Shown here piece after piece: positions 45,287 through 53,349 of a stretch of 64,000 bases of DNA; the first letter of the stretch is position 1, and each line of letters begins with the position of its first letter. Position numbers and translations under genes: made by a program. A model generated the notes under the pieces. It searched no databases, was not told the origin of the DNA, and saw nothing but the letters and a program-made list of their open reading frames with translations. The stretch is from Acidimicrobiales bacterium (GTDB lineage: Bacteria; Actinomycetota; Acidimicrobiia; Acidimicrobiales; SHLQ01): positions 96,720 through 160,719 of the forward strand of contig JAHDDK010000002.1 in the NCBI GenBank assembly GCA_020629375.1. Direction: 5' to 3'.

Positions 45287-46951
45287 TCACGGAGCGAGAT
45301 AGAACCGCAGGTAGTCGTCGAGACGGTGTCGCCAGTATTCACCCGAATGGTCACCGGTTCCGACAACCAGGGTTACGTCGACCGATTCGGGAAACGCGTT
45401 CGCCAGGCGGGAGACAGCTGGCTCGATGTTGTACTCGTCCTCGAGCCCGACATCGAGATAGAAGTCCATCGGATCGAGCGACCCGCTCGGCGCGGCACCG
45501 ACGAGCAGTTCGGGGTCTCGCTCTTGACGGATGTCGTCGTTGGGATACAGCCAGGTGAACTCGGGCCCGATGAGTGGCGGCGAGTGCGCACCGACTCGAG
45601 CGAAGAGCTCGGGATGACGCAGCGCGGTGTGTAACGCGGCGAAGCCCCCCATCGAGATTCCGCCGACGAATCGATCCTGGGATCTGGTGCTGACCCGATA
45701 GTTCTCCTCGACCCATGTGATCATGTCGCGCGACAGCAGACCTTCGAAGTCGCCACCGTTGTAGAAGACAGCACTCCCGTCGGGCAGCTCGACGAGTTCG
45801 TCCTCCGGGTTGCTCACTCCGAAGCTGTTCTCGATTCGAGGAAGGACGACGACGGCAGGTCGCATCTCACCCGCCTCGGTGAGCGCGGCCATTCGGGCGA
45901 CGAGCCCGATTCGGAGGAAGAGCGCGGGGGAATCGTTCTGTCCGTGCAAGAGGTAGAGGGTTGGGAACTCGTCGGACGTGTCGTCGTAGCCCGGTGGCGT
46001 GATCACCGTCGTGGGAACGTTGCGGCCGAGCGACGGACTCCACATCTGCTCCTCAAACACCTGACCGAACCGCACGTCGGTCGATGCGAAAGCCGCAGTC
46101 TCTCTTCGCGGTGACGAGTCGGCCAACTCGGGTTCTGTCGATTGCGTCGCCAGGGCGAAGATCGGGAGACACAGCGCCGTCACGGCGATCGCCAACGCAA
46201 GGAAGACGCCGGCACGCCGCGAGCGAATCATCGGCACCGCAGGACGATCCAGGTCGTCGGGAATCGCATCGACGGCGATCTCCGACGCCGTTTCGAGCCG
46301 GCCATGACGGATCACGTAGGTGATCTCGGCACGTTCGACGACGCGGGGGTCATGAGATGACACGAGCACGGCCGCACCGACACGCGCTGCACGGTCGAAG
46401 GCCGCCACCACGTCGAGCGCGCTGTCGACATCTTGATGACTCGTTGGTTCGTCGGCGATCACGACCGGGGCCTTCGTGGCCAGGGCCCGTGCGACGGCGA
46501 CTCGTTGCTGCTGCCCGAGTGAGAGTTCGTCGGGCATGCGGCCGGCCACGTGGTCGAGGCCGAGGCGCTCGATGAGTTCGGCGACATGTTCACTGCGGTC
46601 CGTCTCGATCCATCGGTCATCGGGGGACAACCGAGCCGAGAGCGTGACTTGCTCCAGCGCGGTGAGACCCTCCATCAAGCCGAGGTGCTGGGGGACGACG
46701 GCGATTGCGTGAGCGTCGGCGAGATCAGCACGACGATTCACCACGCCCTCATCCGGTTGTTGCCAGCCGACCAGCAGGTCGAGCAGGGTGGACTTCCCCG
46801 AGCCCGACGGCCCGGACAGTGCCACGAACTGACCTGAGCGAAGTTCGATGGTCACGTCTGCGACGGATCGGACGATCTCGCTTCCTCGCCGAAAGCTCTT
46901 CGAGACAGCGCATGCCTGAATGGCCGGTTCGTCGGTTGCGGCCGAGTTCAT
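45287..46951 (-). CDS. fusion protein: ABC transporter ATPase domain + single TM helix + esterase-D/putative-esterase family alpha/beta hydrolase domain
   Basis: aa 1-225: GPSGSGKST, LSLGQQQR, VVIADEPTSHQD, VSSHD. aa 247-267: GVFLALAIAVTALCLPIFALA. aa ~285-554: YLLHG, GGISMGG, GDHS. ATGA overlap with the upstream ATPase gene. Confidence 0.8.
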   Translation of the reverse strand: MNSAATDEPAIQACAVSKSFRRGSEIVRSVADVTIELRSGQFVALSGPSGSGKSTLLDLLVGWQQPDEGVVNRRADLADAHAIAVVPQHLGLMEGLTALEQVTLSARLSPDDRWIETDRSEHVAELIERLGLDHVAGRMPDELSLGQQQRVAVARALATKAPVVIADEPTSHQDVDSALDVVAAFDRAARVGAAVLVSSHDPRVVERAEITYVIRHGRLETASEIAVDAIPDDLDRPAVPMIRSRRAGVFLALAIAVTALCLPIFALATQSTEPELADSSPRRETAAFASTDVRFGQVFEEQMWSPSLGRNVPTTVITPPGYDDTSDEFPTLYLLHGQNDSPALFLRIGLVARMAALTEAGEMRPAVVVLPRIENSFGVSNPEDELVELPDGSAVFYNGGDFEGLLSRDMITWVEENYRVSTRSQDRFVGGISMGGFAALHTALRHPELFARVGAHSPPLIGPEFTWLYPNDDIRQERDPELLVGAAPSGSLDPMDFYLDVGLEDEYNIEPAVSRLANAFPESVDVTLVVGTGDHSGEYWRHRLDDYLRFYLAP

Positions 46952-47763
46952 GGCGCCTCGACTCGGAGGTGGTCACCGTCCCAGCGCAGACGCGCCGTGT
47001 CGTTGAAGCGTGCTCGTATCTCTGGTGGGAGCTGCAGACGATCCGAACCGTCGATGACGGCGACGGTGTCGTCGCCACGGGTGAGCGATGCAATCGCTCC
47101 GTCTCGTAGCTCCATCCGCAGATCGAGGCGATCAACGACCTGCGGATCGTGAGACGCCATGACGACCGTTCCGCCGGCGGCGCAGAACATCCGTGCCGTC
47201 TCGAGGACGTCCTCGGTGCTTGCCTCATCGAGCTCAGCGGTCGGTTCGTCGGCGACGATGAGCACGGCGGACGACACGATGGCTCGGGCGAATGCAAGCC
47301 GCTGTTGTTCCCCTCCGGACAGCATCTCGGGGAAGTGCCCGACCCGGTGGTCGAGTCGCAACGACGTGAGGACCTCAGTGATGGCGTCGACGTCGCCGCC
47401 TCGCCGCATCGCCGTTCGGAGCAATTGGTCACGGACGTTCAGGTGCGGGACGAGATTGTCCGGCGGATGTTGCTCGACGTGCACGACGAGACGATTCCGG
47501 ATCATCCGTCGCCGGCGTCGTGGCACGTCCATCAGGTCGACGTTCGCAACGTTGATCTGACCGGCGGTGGGTGTGGTCAGTCCCGAAATCATGCGCATGA
47601 GCGTCGATTTGCCGCTTCCGGACGGCCCGGTGACTCCGACCAAGATTCCCGACGGGATCCGGAAGTCGACGCCGCGGACGGCGTGGACTTTGGTATCGCG
47701 GGTCTCGTAGATCTTGACGACGCCGGTACAGCGCACTGCGTCGATCACTGCGCCGTTGTTCAT
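46948..47763 (-). CDS. ABC transporter ATP-binding protein (MacB/LolD-like)
   Basis: ATG 47763 (MNNGAVIDAVRC). Motifs GPSGSGKST, LSGGEQQR, LIVADEPTAELD and MASHD. ATGA overlaps at both ends; the longer track ORF upstream is a shadow over the permease. Confidence 0.85.
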   Translation of the reverse strand: MNNGAVIDAVRCTGVVKIYETRDTKVHAVRGVDFRIPSGILVGVTGPSGSGKSTLMRMISGLTTPTAGQINVANVDLMDVPRRRRRMIRNRLVVHVEQHPPDNLVPHLNVRDQLLRTAMRRGGDVDAITEVLTSLRLDHRVGHFPEMLSGGEQQRLAFARAIVSSAVLIVADEPTAELDEASTEDVLETARMFCAAGGTVVMASHDPQVVDRLDLRMELRDGAIASLTRGDDTVAVIDGSDRLQLPPEIRARFNDTARLRWDGDHLRVEAP

Positions 47764-50462
47764 GGGCCGCCGATCGTTCGAGTTTCGAAGCGGACGCCAA
47801 CTACGACGATCACCGCGATGGTCACGACGCCGACGACGCCGACGGTCGCCCACGGAACGACGAGGTCGATTCTCGGGGGGACCTCGGAGTTCGTCTCGAA
47901 GATCGGCGCGACGTGCCTTGCCAGGACGATGGCTCCCACGACGCCAGCGACGGCAGCGATCACCGCGTAGGTGACGAACTCGATCAACGCCGCCCCGAAA
48001 GACATCGCCTGCGACACTCCCAGCTCGCGCGAAACACGTCCAGCGAGCCGTCCGCTGAGTCGGCGCTGATGCACGAAGAGTGCGAGGGCGAGCAGCGACG
48101 CCAGACCGCACACCGCAGCGACGAACACCCAGTACGAGAACGACCAACGAGTGGCTTGTTCGGCCGCCGCGTTGTCGATCTCGTCTCGCCCGACAAGATC
48201 CCGATACCCGGCATCGACGTCGTCGAGGGCGAGTCGCAGCTCCTCGACCGACATGCCGCCAACGAGCTTGCGGCCGAACCCCAACAGCGGTGAGACGTAT
48301 TCGTCCTCGAAGTCTTGGGCGGTCGGCGCAAAGCCCGTATCCGTCTCGTGCACGCTGGCGAATCGAGTGCGCCCGGCTCGTTCGAGCTCGTCGCTCCGGA
48401 TCAGCAGGACGGGTCGAGGCCCGTCGATCAGCGGCGCAGACTCCAGGGTCCCGACGATCTGGTACGGGAAGGTCTCTTCGAATCCGATCGCGCCAACACC
48501 CGGAACCGCTCGGGGCGTGACCCACATGGCCGGCACGGGCCCTCCGAGATCCAATCCGAGCCGGTCGACGACCTGGCTCGCCGTCAGATCGCCGAAGCTG
48601 TCGGGCCACCGAATCACGTCGGCGAAGGTGTCTGCTTCGATGGCGATCACCTGCACCCGCACATCTCCGGGAAACGCCCGCATCCACTTCGTTCGGATCA
48701 TGGTCGTGTCGGCAGGACGATCCTGTGGCTCCTCGAACGCTCCACGAAGGGTCGCCCGCGACTCGGCGCCGATCACCGTCGCGATCTTCGCCTCGGATGC
48801 CTGTTCGCGAGTTTCGCGGAGCACGAGGGAGTAGTTGGCCAAGCCGACGGAGATGGCGAGCGCACCAACAGCGACGGACGGTCCGATGACCCGACCGGCC
48901 ACTCTGCGGATCCCGAGCAGAACGCTCACGGGCTGCCATCGGGTGTTCAGGCGTCTCGAAAGCCCCCGAACGAGGGCCCCCACCACGACCATGACGACTC
49001 CTGTCGCTGCGGCGAGGATGACGATGGGGGCCGCGATGACCAGAAGACTGAGCGACCCTCTGGCCGAGGACGCTCCAACCTGAATCCAGGCCGCCGCGGC
49101 CACACCGCAGAGCGGAAGCAACAGCGCCGTGTATCGAATCGGTTTCACGTCGGTACGTGTGCCGAGGCGGAGCGCAAGAGTCGCCGTGGTGATCGCCGAA
49201 ACCGCGACGGCGGCAACGGTCGCCGCAAACACGCTTGTGACGTCGATCGACTCGAAGCCGGCGTCACGATCGGGCACCAATGGGGTCGTCAGCGGGGCGC
49301 TGGCCAACAGTCCGAGAGTTCCGCCGAGCGCTGCGGGAATCACCGCCTCCCCGACGCCGAGGCTCAGAAACCGAAAGCCTCCATCGCCCCCGTCGACGAG
49401 TGTTCGCCACGTGATCGTCCGTTGCGATGCAACGAAGGCTGCGTTTGCCGCAACGATCAGCAGCGCAAGAGCAACCCCCGCCACCCTGCTCGATTGCAAC
49501 GGTCGGTCCAGTGCGTTGAGCGATCGGTACGTCGACGTGAGTGCTTGGCTTGCGCTGCTCCGAACCGATGGCGTCGACGCTTCACCTCGGGCAAAGTTGC
49601 GAAGTTGAGCACCGACGACGGGATCCGAGACGATGGAGCGCTCGATACCTCGATACGACGTCACCAGCGCCTCGAGCTCTTCGAGCGTGGCTGGTGAGCT
49701 GACCGGAACGGCATCCCAGCGCAGCACGCCGGTCATTTCGAGTTGCGAGAGCAGCGATTCCTCGACGATGACGAGCTCGTGGATCGTCGAGCCGAACACG
49801 CGGGAGAACTTCGGAACGAGTTGCGTCGGGACGTCGTCCCAGTACACAGGAGGCTCGGGCCAGAGGTCCTCGTAGATGCCTTTGATCGTCAGGATCCGTG
49901 CCTCGTCGCCGATCGCGATCTCGACGGTCGATCCGACCGAGAGCGCGCCCTCCGCCGCGACGAGCTCGGAGATGTACACGCCGAGCAGATCGTCGTCGAC
50001 GTCGATGAGTGCGAGCGATTCGATTGCGCCAGGCCGGCTGAACAGCTGAGTGGAGCCGACGATTCGAGACGATTCGAGCTCTGCGGTACCGGGGGATACG
50101 AGCGAACCGCGCGGCGTGAAGGCCGTCCGCACCGGAGGCATCAGGGTATTCGCGTCTGCCAACAGCTCGGTGATGGCCTGGTCGGCCACTCGGGCCTCTT
50201 CGCCGGTGAGCACACCGTTCGCCGTGATGGTCAGTCCCTGGTCCGCCGGGAGTAGTCCGGAAACGGTGCGTTGGGCGATGACGTCCGAGGCGGCCTGCTC
50301 GAACCGATCGGCGACACTGAGGAACACGGCCGGCAGCGCGAAGGCGAGCACAAGAGGAACGAACACCGCTGCCGAACGCCATGGTTCGGCAATCCATGCC
50401 AGAACCATGCGCGATCTTCGTCTCATCGAGCCTCCGGTCCGCCCCGCCCCTTCGGCCAACAC
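47760..50462 (-). CDS. large FtsX-family ABC transporter permease (two FtsX-type membrane modules with large extracytoplasmic loops)
   Basis: 900-aa ORF with an N-terminal TM helix, a long soluble stretch, a TM cluster, a second soluble stretch and a C-terminal TM cluster, as in duplicated FtsX/MacB-type permeases. An alternative start lies at 50426. Confidence 0.7.
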   Translation of the reverse strand: MLAEGAGRTGGSMRRRSRMVLAWIAEPWRSAAVFVPLVLAFALPAVFLSVADRFEQAASDVIAQRTVSGLLPADQGLTITANGVLTGEEARVADQAITELLADANTLMPPVRTAFTPRGSLVSPGTAELESSRIVGSTQLFSRPGAIESLALIDVDDDLLGVYISELVAAEGALSVGSTVEIAIGDEARILTIKGIYEDLWPEPPVYWDDVPTQLVPKFSRVFGSTIHELVIVEESLLSQLEMTGVLRWDAVPVSSPATLEELEALVTSYRGIERSIVSDPVVGAQLRNFARGEASTPSVRSSASQALTSTYRSLNALDRPLQSSRVAGVALALLIVAANAAFVASQRTITWRTLVDGGDGGFRFLSLGVGEAVIPAALGGTLGLLASAPLTTPLVPDRDAGFESIDVTSVFAATVAAVAVSAITTATLALRLGTRTDVKPIRYTALLLPLCGVAAAAWIQVGASSARGSLSLLVIAAPIVILAAATGVVMVVVGALVRGLSRRLNTRWQPVSVLLGIRRVAGRVIGPSVAVGALAISVGLANYSLVLRETREQASEAKIATVIGAESRATLRGAFEEPQDRPADTTMIRTKWMRAFPGDVRVQVIAIEADTFADVIRWPDSFGDLTASQVVDRLGLDLGGPVPAMWVTPRAVPGVGAIGFEETFPYQIVGTLESAPLIDGPRPVLLIRSDELERAGRTRFASVHETDTGFAPTAQDFEDEYVSPLLGFGRKLVGGMSVEELRLALDDVDAGYRDLVGRDEIDNAAAEQATRWSFSYWVFVAAVCGLASLLALALFVHQRRLSGRLAGRVSRELGVSQAMSFGAALIEFVTYAVIAAVAGVVGAIVLARHVAPIFETNSEVPPRIDLVVPWATVGVVGVVTIAVIVVVGVRFETRTIGGP

Positions 50463-50504
50463 TACGGCTTGACCACGAACGGCGCCCCCGGCTGCACAGT
50501 CGGC

Positions 50505-51326
50505 CTAGCTTGGCCGCGAGGCGAGGATCGAGAACTGGAGTGGGATCTGGTCTCGACGGCCGGCGGGGAGGACGAACCGTTCGCCGTCGGATTCCATCCA
50601 GCTGAAGAACTTCCAGTCGAGGTGTTGGTGTTCGTCGAGTCGTTCGATGGTGAGCCCGGCACCGATCAGCGCGTTGACGACCGATGCCAGCGAATGTGGC
50701 CATTCGTAGGTTCGTGAGCTGCTGATCGTGGCGGAGCCACGATAGCTTGCGTCGTTCTCGAATGTCTGCGGCTCGCCGTTGGCGAAGTAGCGGTAGGCGA
50801 CGATCATGGCGTCGTCGTCGCGTTCGTCGTCGAGAGCGAGCAGGGCGGGGTGGGTGTCTCGGATGTAGAACCGTCCGCCTGGCGCAACGAAAGCAGCGAG
50901 GGTGTCCGCCCATCGCTCGATGTCGGGGAGCCAGCAGATCGCGCCGACGCCCGTGTAGACGATGTCGAACTGGCCAGACAGATTCGCTGGCGCGCTGTAG
51001 AGCTCGCTTTCGACGAAGGTGGCGTCGGCACCCATCTGGTCGGCGAGGCTTCGGGCGGCGGTGATCGCTTCGGGGGAGAAGTCGAGGCCGGTCACGGAGG
51101 CTCCGAGGTTGGCCCACGAGAGGGTGTCGGTGCCGATGTGGCATTGGGCGTGGAGGAGGCGGAGTCCGTTGACGTCGCCGAGGCGTTCGGCGTCGAAGCG
51201 GACCACGTCCGTGCAGTGGCCGGGCTCGGTGGCGAGCAACCGATACGACTCGTATCCGTCGGGGGCCGTGTGGCCGGCGACTCGTTCGTTCCAGTTGGCG
51301 AGGTTGGCCCGCGTGTACTCGTCCAT
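50505..51326 (-). CDS. class I SAM-dependent methyltransferase
   Basis: ATG 51326 (MDEYTRANLANWNERV). Motif LLHAQCHIGTDTLSWANLGASVTGLDFS. Confidence 0.75.
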   Translation of the reverse strand: MDEYTRANLANWNERVAGHTAPDGYESYRLLATEPGHCTDVVRFDAERLGDVNGLRLLHAQCHIGTDTLSWANLGASVTGLDFSPEAITAARSLADQMGADATFVESELYSAPANLSGQFDIVYTGVGAICWLPDIERWADTLAAFVAPGGRFYIRDTHPALLALDDERDDDAMIVAYRYFANGEPQTFENDASYRGSATISSSRTYEWPHSLASVVNALIGAGLTIERLDEHQHLDWKFFSWMESDGERFVLPAGRRDQIPLQFSILASRPS

Positions 51327-51378
51327 GACCCGAACAGTAGGTGCGGGTTGGGGCGAGCTGCCGTCGGTGCCGGCTGCC

Positions 51379-52245
51379 TCAGGCGGCAGTGCGGCCGGAC
51401 GTGAGTTCGTTGGTGATGGTGTCGATGAGGGCGGCGACGGCTTCAGGGCGTTCGCCGGGAACGGTGCGGACCACTTGATGCACGATTGGCAGCGGCGCAA
51501 TGGGGGACGGTGGGTTCCACTCGACGACGTCCGTGTCGAGGTACCGGCGGGCCATGACCGCAACGCCGATGCCGGCCTTCACGGCGGCCAGAACATCGAT
51601 CGACGACGCGGCGGAGAACACCGTGTGATGGTCGATGCCGGATTCGTCGAGAAGGGGCAGGGTGAACGAGTTGTAGTAGCAGTGCTCGCCGAAGTCGACG
51701 ATCGGCACCGACGGGCCGAGGTTGGGCTCAGTAGCTGCGGTCACCCAGATCAGGTCTTCCGACCAGAGCGTGATGTCGTCGGGGCGGCGGACCTCGTCGG
51801 TGACCTGGAAGACGGCGACGTCGAGCGCGCCTTCTTCGATCCGGTCGACAAGACTTCCAGTGTGGTCGAGGGTGAACTCGACGCAGGCGCCGGGGTGTCG
51901 GTGACGGAAGGTGCCGAGGAGCGAGGCGATCTGTCGGGCGTCGACTTCGCCGTTGCAGGCGAGCTTGACCGTGCCGGTCAGGTCGGATCGTTGCAGGCGC
52001 GCAGCGGCGCGATCGTGCAGCTCGACGATTGCACGGGCGTCGTCGAGCAGTACACGTCCGTCGCGGGTGGGGCGAAGATCGTGACCGTCGCGGATGAGCA
52101 GCGGCCGGCCGACTCGGTCTTCGAGTCGTTGGACCTTGCGGCTCACGGCGGACTGGCCGAGGTGAAGCCGTTCGGCAGCTCGAGTCATCCCTCCGTGATC
52201 GAGGACGGCCATGAACACCCGGAGCGATTCGACGTCGAGATTCAT
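51379..52245 (-). CDS. LysR-family transcriptional regulator
   Basis: ATG 52245. N-terminal HTH LRVFMAVLDHGGMTRAAERLHLGQSAVSRKVQRLE. Confidence 0.85.
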   Translation of the reverse strand: MNLDVESLRVFMAVLDHGGMTRAAERLHLGQSAVSRKVQRLEDRVGRPLLIRDGHDLRPTRDGRVLLDDARAIVELHDRAAARLQRSDLTGTVKLACNGEVDARQIASLLGTFRHRHPGACVEFTLDHTGSLVDRIEEGALDVAVFQVTDEVRRPDDITLWSEDLIWVTAATEPNLGPSVPIVDFGEHCYYNSFTLPLLDESGIDHHTVFSAASSIDVLAAVKAGIGVAVMARRYLDTDVVEWNPPSPIAPLPIVHQVVRTVPGERPEAVAALIDTITNELTSGRTAA

Positions 52246-52506
52246 GCTCTTCAGCGTATCTGAGCGACCATGACACGGTGGAATTATTTTCATCGAACAA
52301 TGTCGCTTGTGCATGCCGACGGGCAGGCGCATGCTGACGTCATGAACACGAACAACCACCCCAACCCACACCACTCCGACTGCCGCTCACGCCTCCTGAG
52401 GGAAGCGATGGGCCCCGGCTACCAGAGCGCCACCTTCCGGGACCAACGGTTCCTCAGCGATAGCGAACGCTGCGACAAGCACACGTGGTGAGTCGACACA
52501 CGACGC

Positions 52507-52572
52507 GTAAGGAGAGGGTCTGACTCCAACGGTTGCGCAGCTGCGTCAATCGGGGTCAGACCCTCTCATTAC
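52507..52572. repeat. composite copy of the dispersed repeat: imperfect left arm + 27-nt spacer + right arm (MITE-like inverted termini)
   Basis: GTAAGGAGAGGGTCTGAC (52507-52524) and GGGGTCAGACCCTCTCATTAC (52552-52572) are inverted relative to each other. The spacer holds a near-palindrome TTGCGCAGCTGCGTCAA. Confidence 0.75.
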
Positions 52573-53285
52573 GCCGGTCTGACGCCCTGGACGACTCGCG
52601 GGATCTCGCCACCGAAGACCGAGCACAGTGCGGCCGGTCCGTCGTAGCCGTGCTCGCGTAGAGCCGCCTCGATGAGGCGGAGTTCGCCGGGGACGGCGCA
52701 GAACTCGTGGAGGTACTGCGCGAGAGACGACACGTCTTCTTCTCGACGGGCCGGAAGAAGGTCGTGTTCGAGCCGTTGGAGCTGGCTGGCGAAGCCGACG
52801 TTCGGCAGGGCGCGGATCCGCTTCGACCGGACGGAGCGGTAGGCGTCGATGAATGCCGACCCCTCTGTCGCCATCACATGGGCGACAACAAGCGAGGTCG
52901 ATCGGCTTACCCCTGCTCGACAGTGGACGAGCACCGCCCCATCGGGATCGACCGTGTCGATGAACGCGTCGAAGGTCGCAAGGGCGCCCGACAGGTCTTG
53001 TTCGATCGTGTCATCGAGATCGACGAAGAGATGCTCGAACTCGTCGGCGAGAAACGCCACCTTCGATCGACGCGACTCGGCGAGACAGCTGACCACGTGG
53101 GTAACGCCGGCGGAGCGGAGCTCTGCGATATCTGATGGCGTTGGGATCGATCCGAGGAGCAGCGAAGACGAGATCGGACTGAAGCGTCGATCGACGTCGT
53201 CGAGGTCGACATCGATGCTCACCGCATCGAGCGCCCGGTCGACGGCGCGCCGCCACAGCGTGGGTTTTCGGCCGACCGGAGCCAT
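52569..53285 (-). CDS. dual-specificity (Cys-based, CX5R) protein phosphatase
   Basis: Active-site loop VLVHCRAGVSRSTSLVVAHVM. The stop TAA lies within the repeat arm. Confidence 0.75.
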   Translation of the reverse strand: MAPVGRKPTLWRRAVDRALDAVSIDVDLDDVDRRFSPISSSLLLGSIPTPSDIAELRSAGVTHVVSCLAESRRSKVAFLADEFEHLFVDLDDTIEQDLSGALATFDAFIDTVDPDGAVLVHCRAGVSRSTSLVVAHVMATEGSAFIDAYRSVRSKRIRALPNVGFASQLQRLEHDLLPARREEDVSSLAQYLHEFCAVPGELRLIEAALREHGYDGPAALCSVFGGEIPRVVQGVRPA

Positions 53286-53349
53286 GTCGGAAACCTAACG
53301 CGCGCCTCTGCTGCAGACCCGGTGGCGCCGGTCGAATACGATCCACAAC

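Noticed and set aside
47764-48939. Upstream extension of the ABC ATPase ORF (663-aa track ORF)
   Set aside because: The extension overlaps the permease gene out of frame and is Arg-rich. The ATPase begins cleanly at ATG 47763 with an ATGA overlap.
49582-51144. 520-aa minus-strand ORF spanning the permease start and the methyltransferase
   Set aside because: It is out of frame with both supported genes, and its translation is an Arg/Pro/His-rich shadow.
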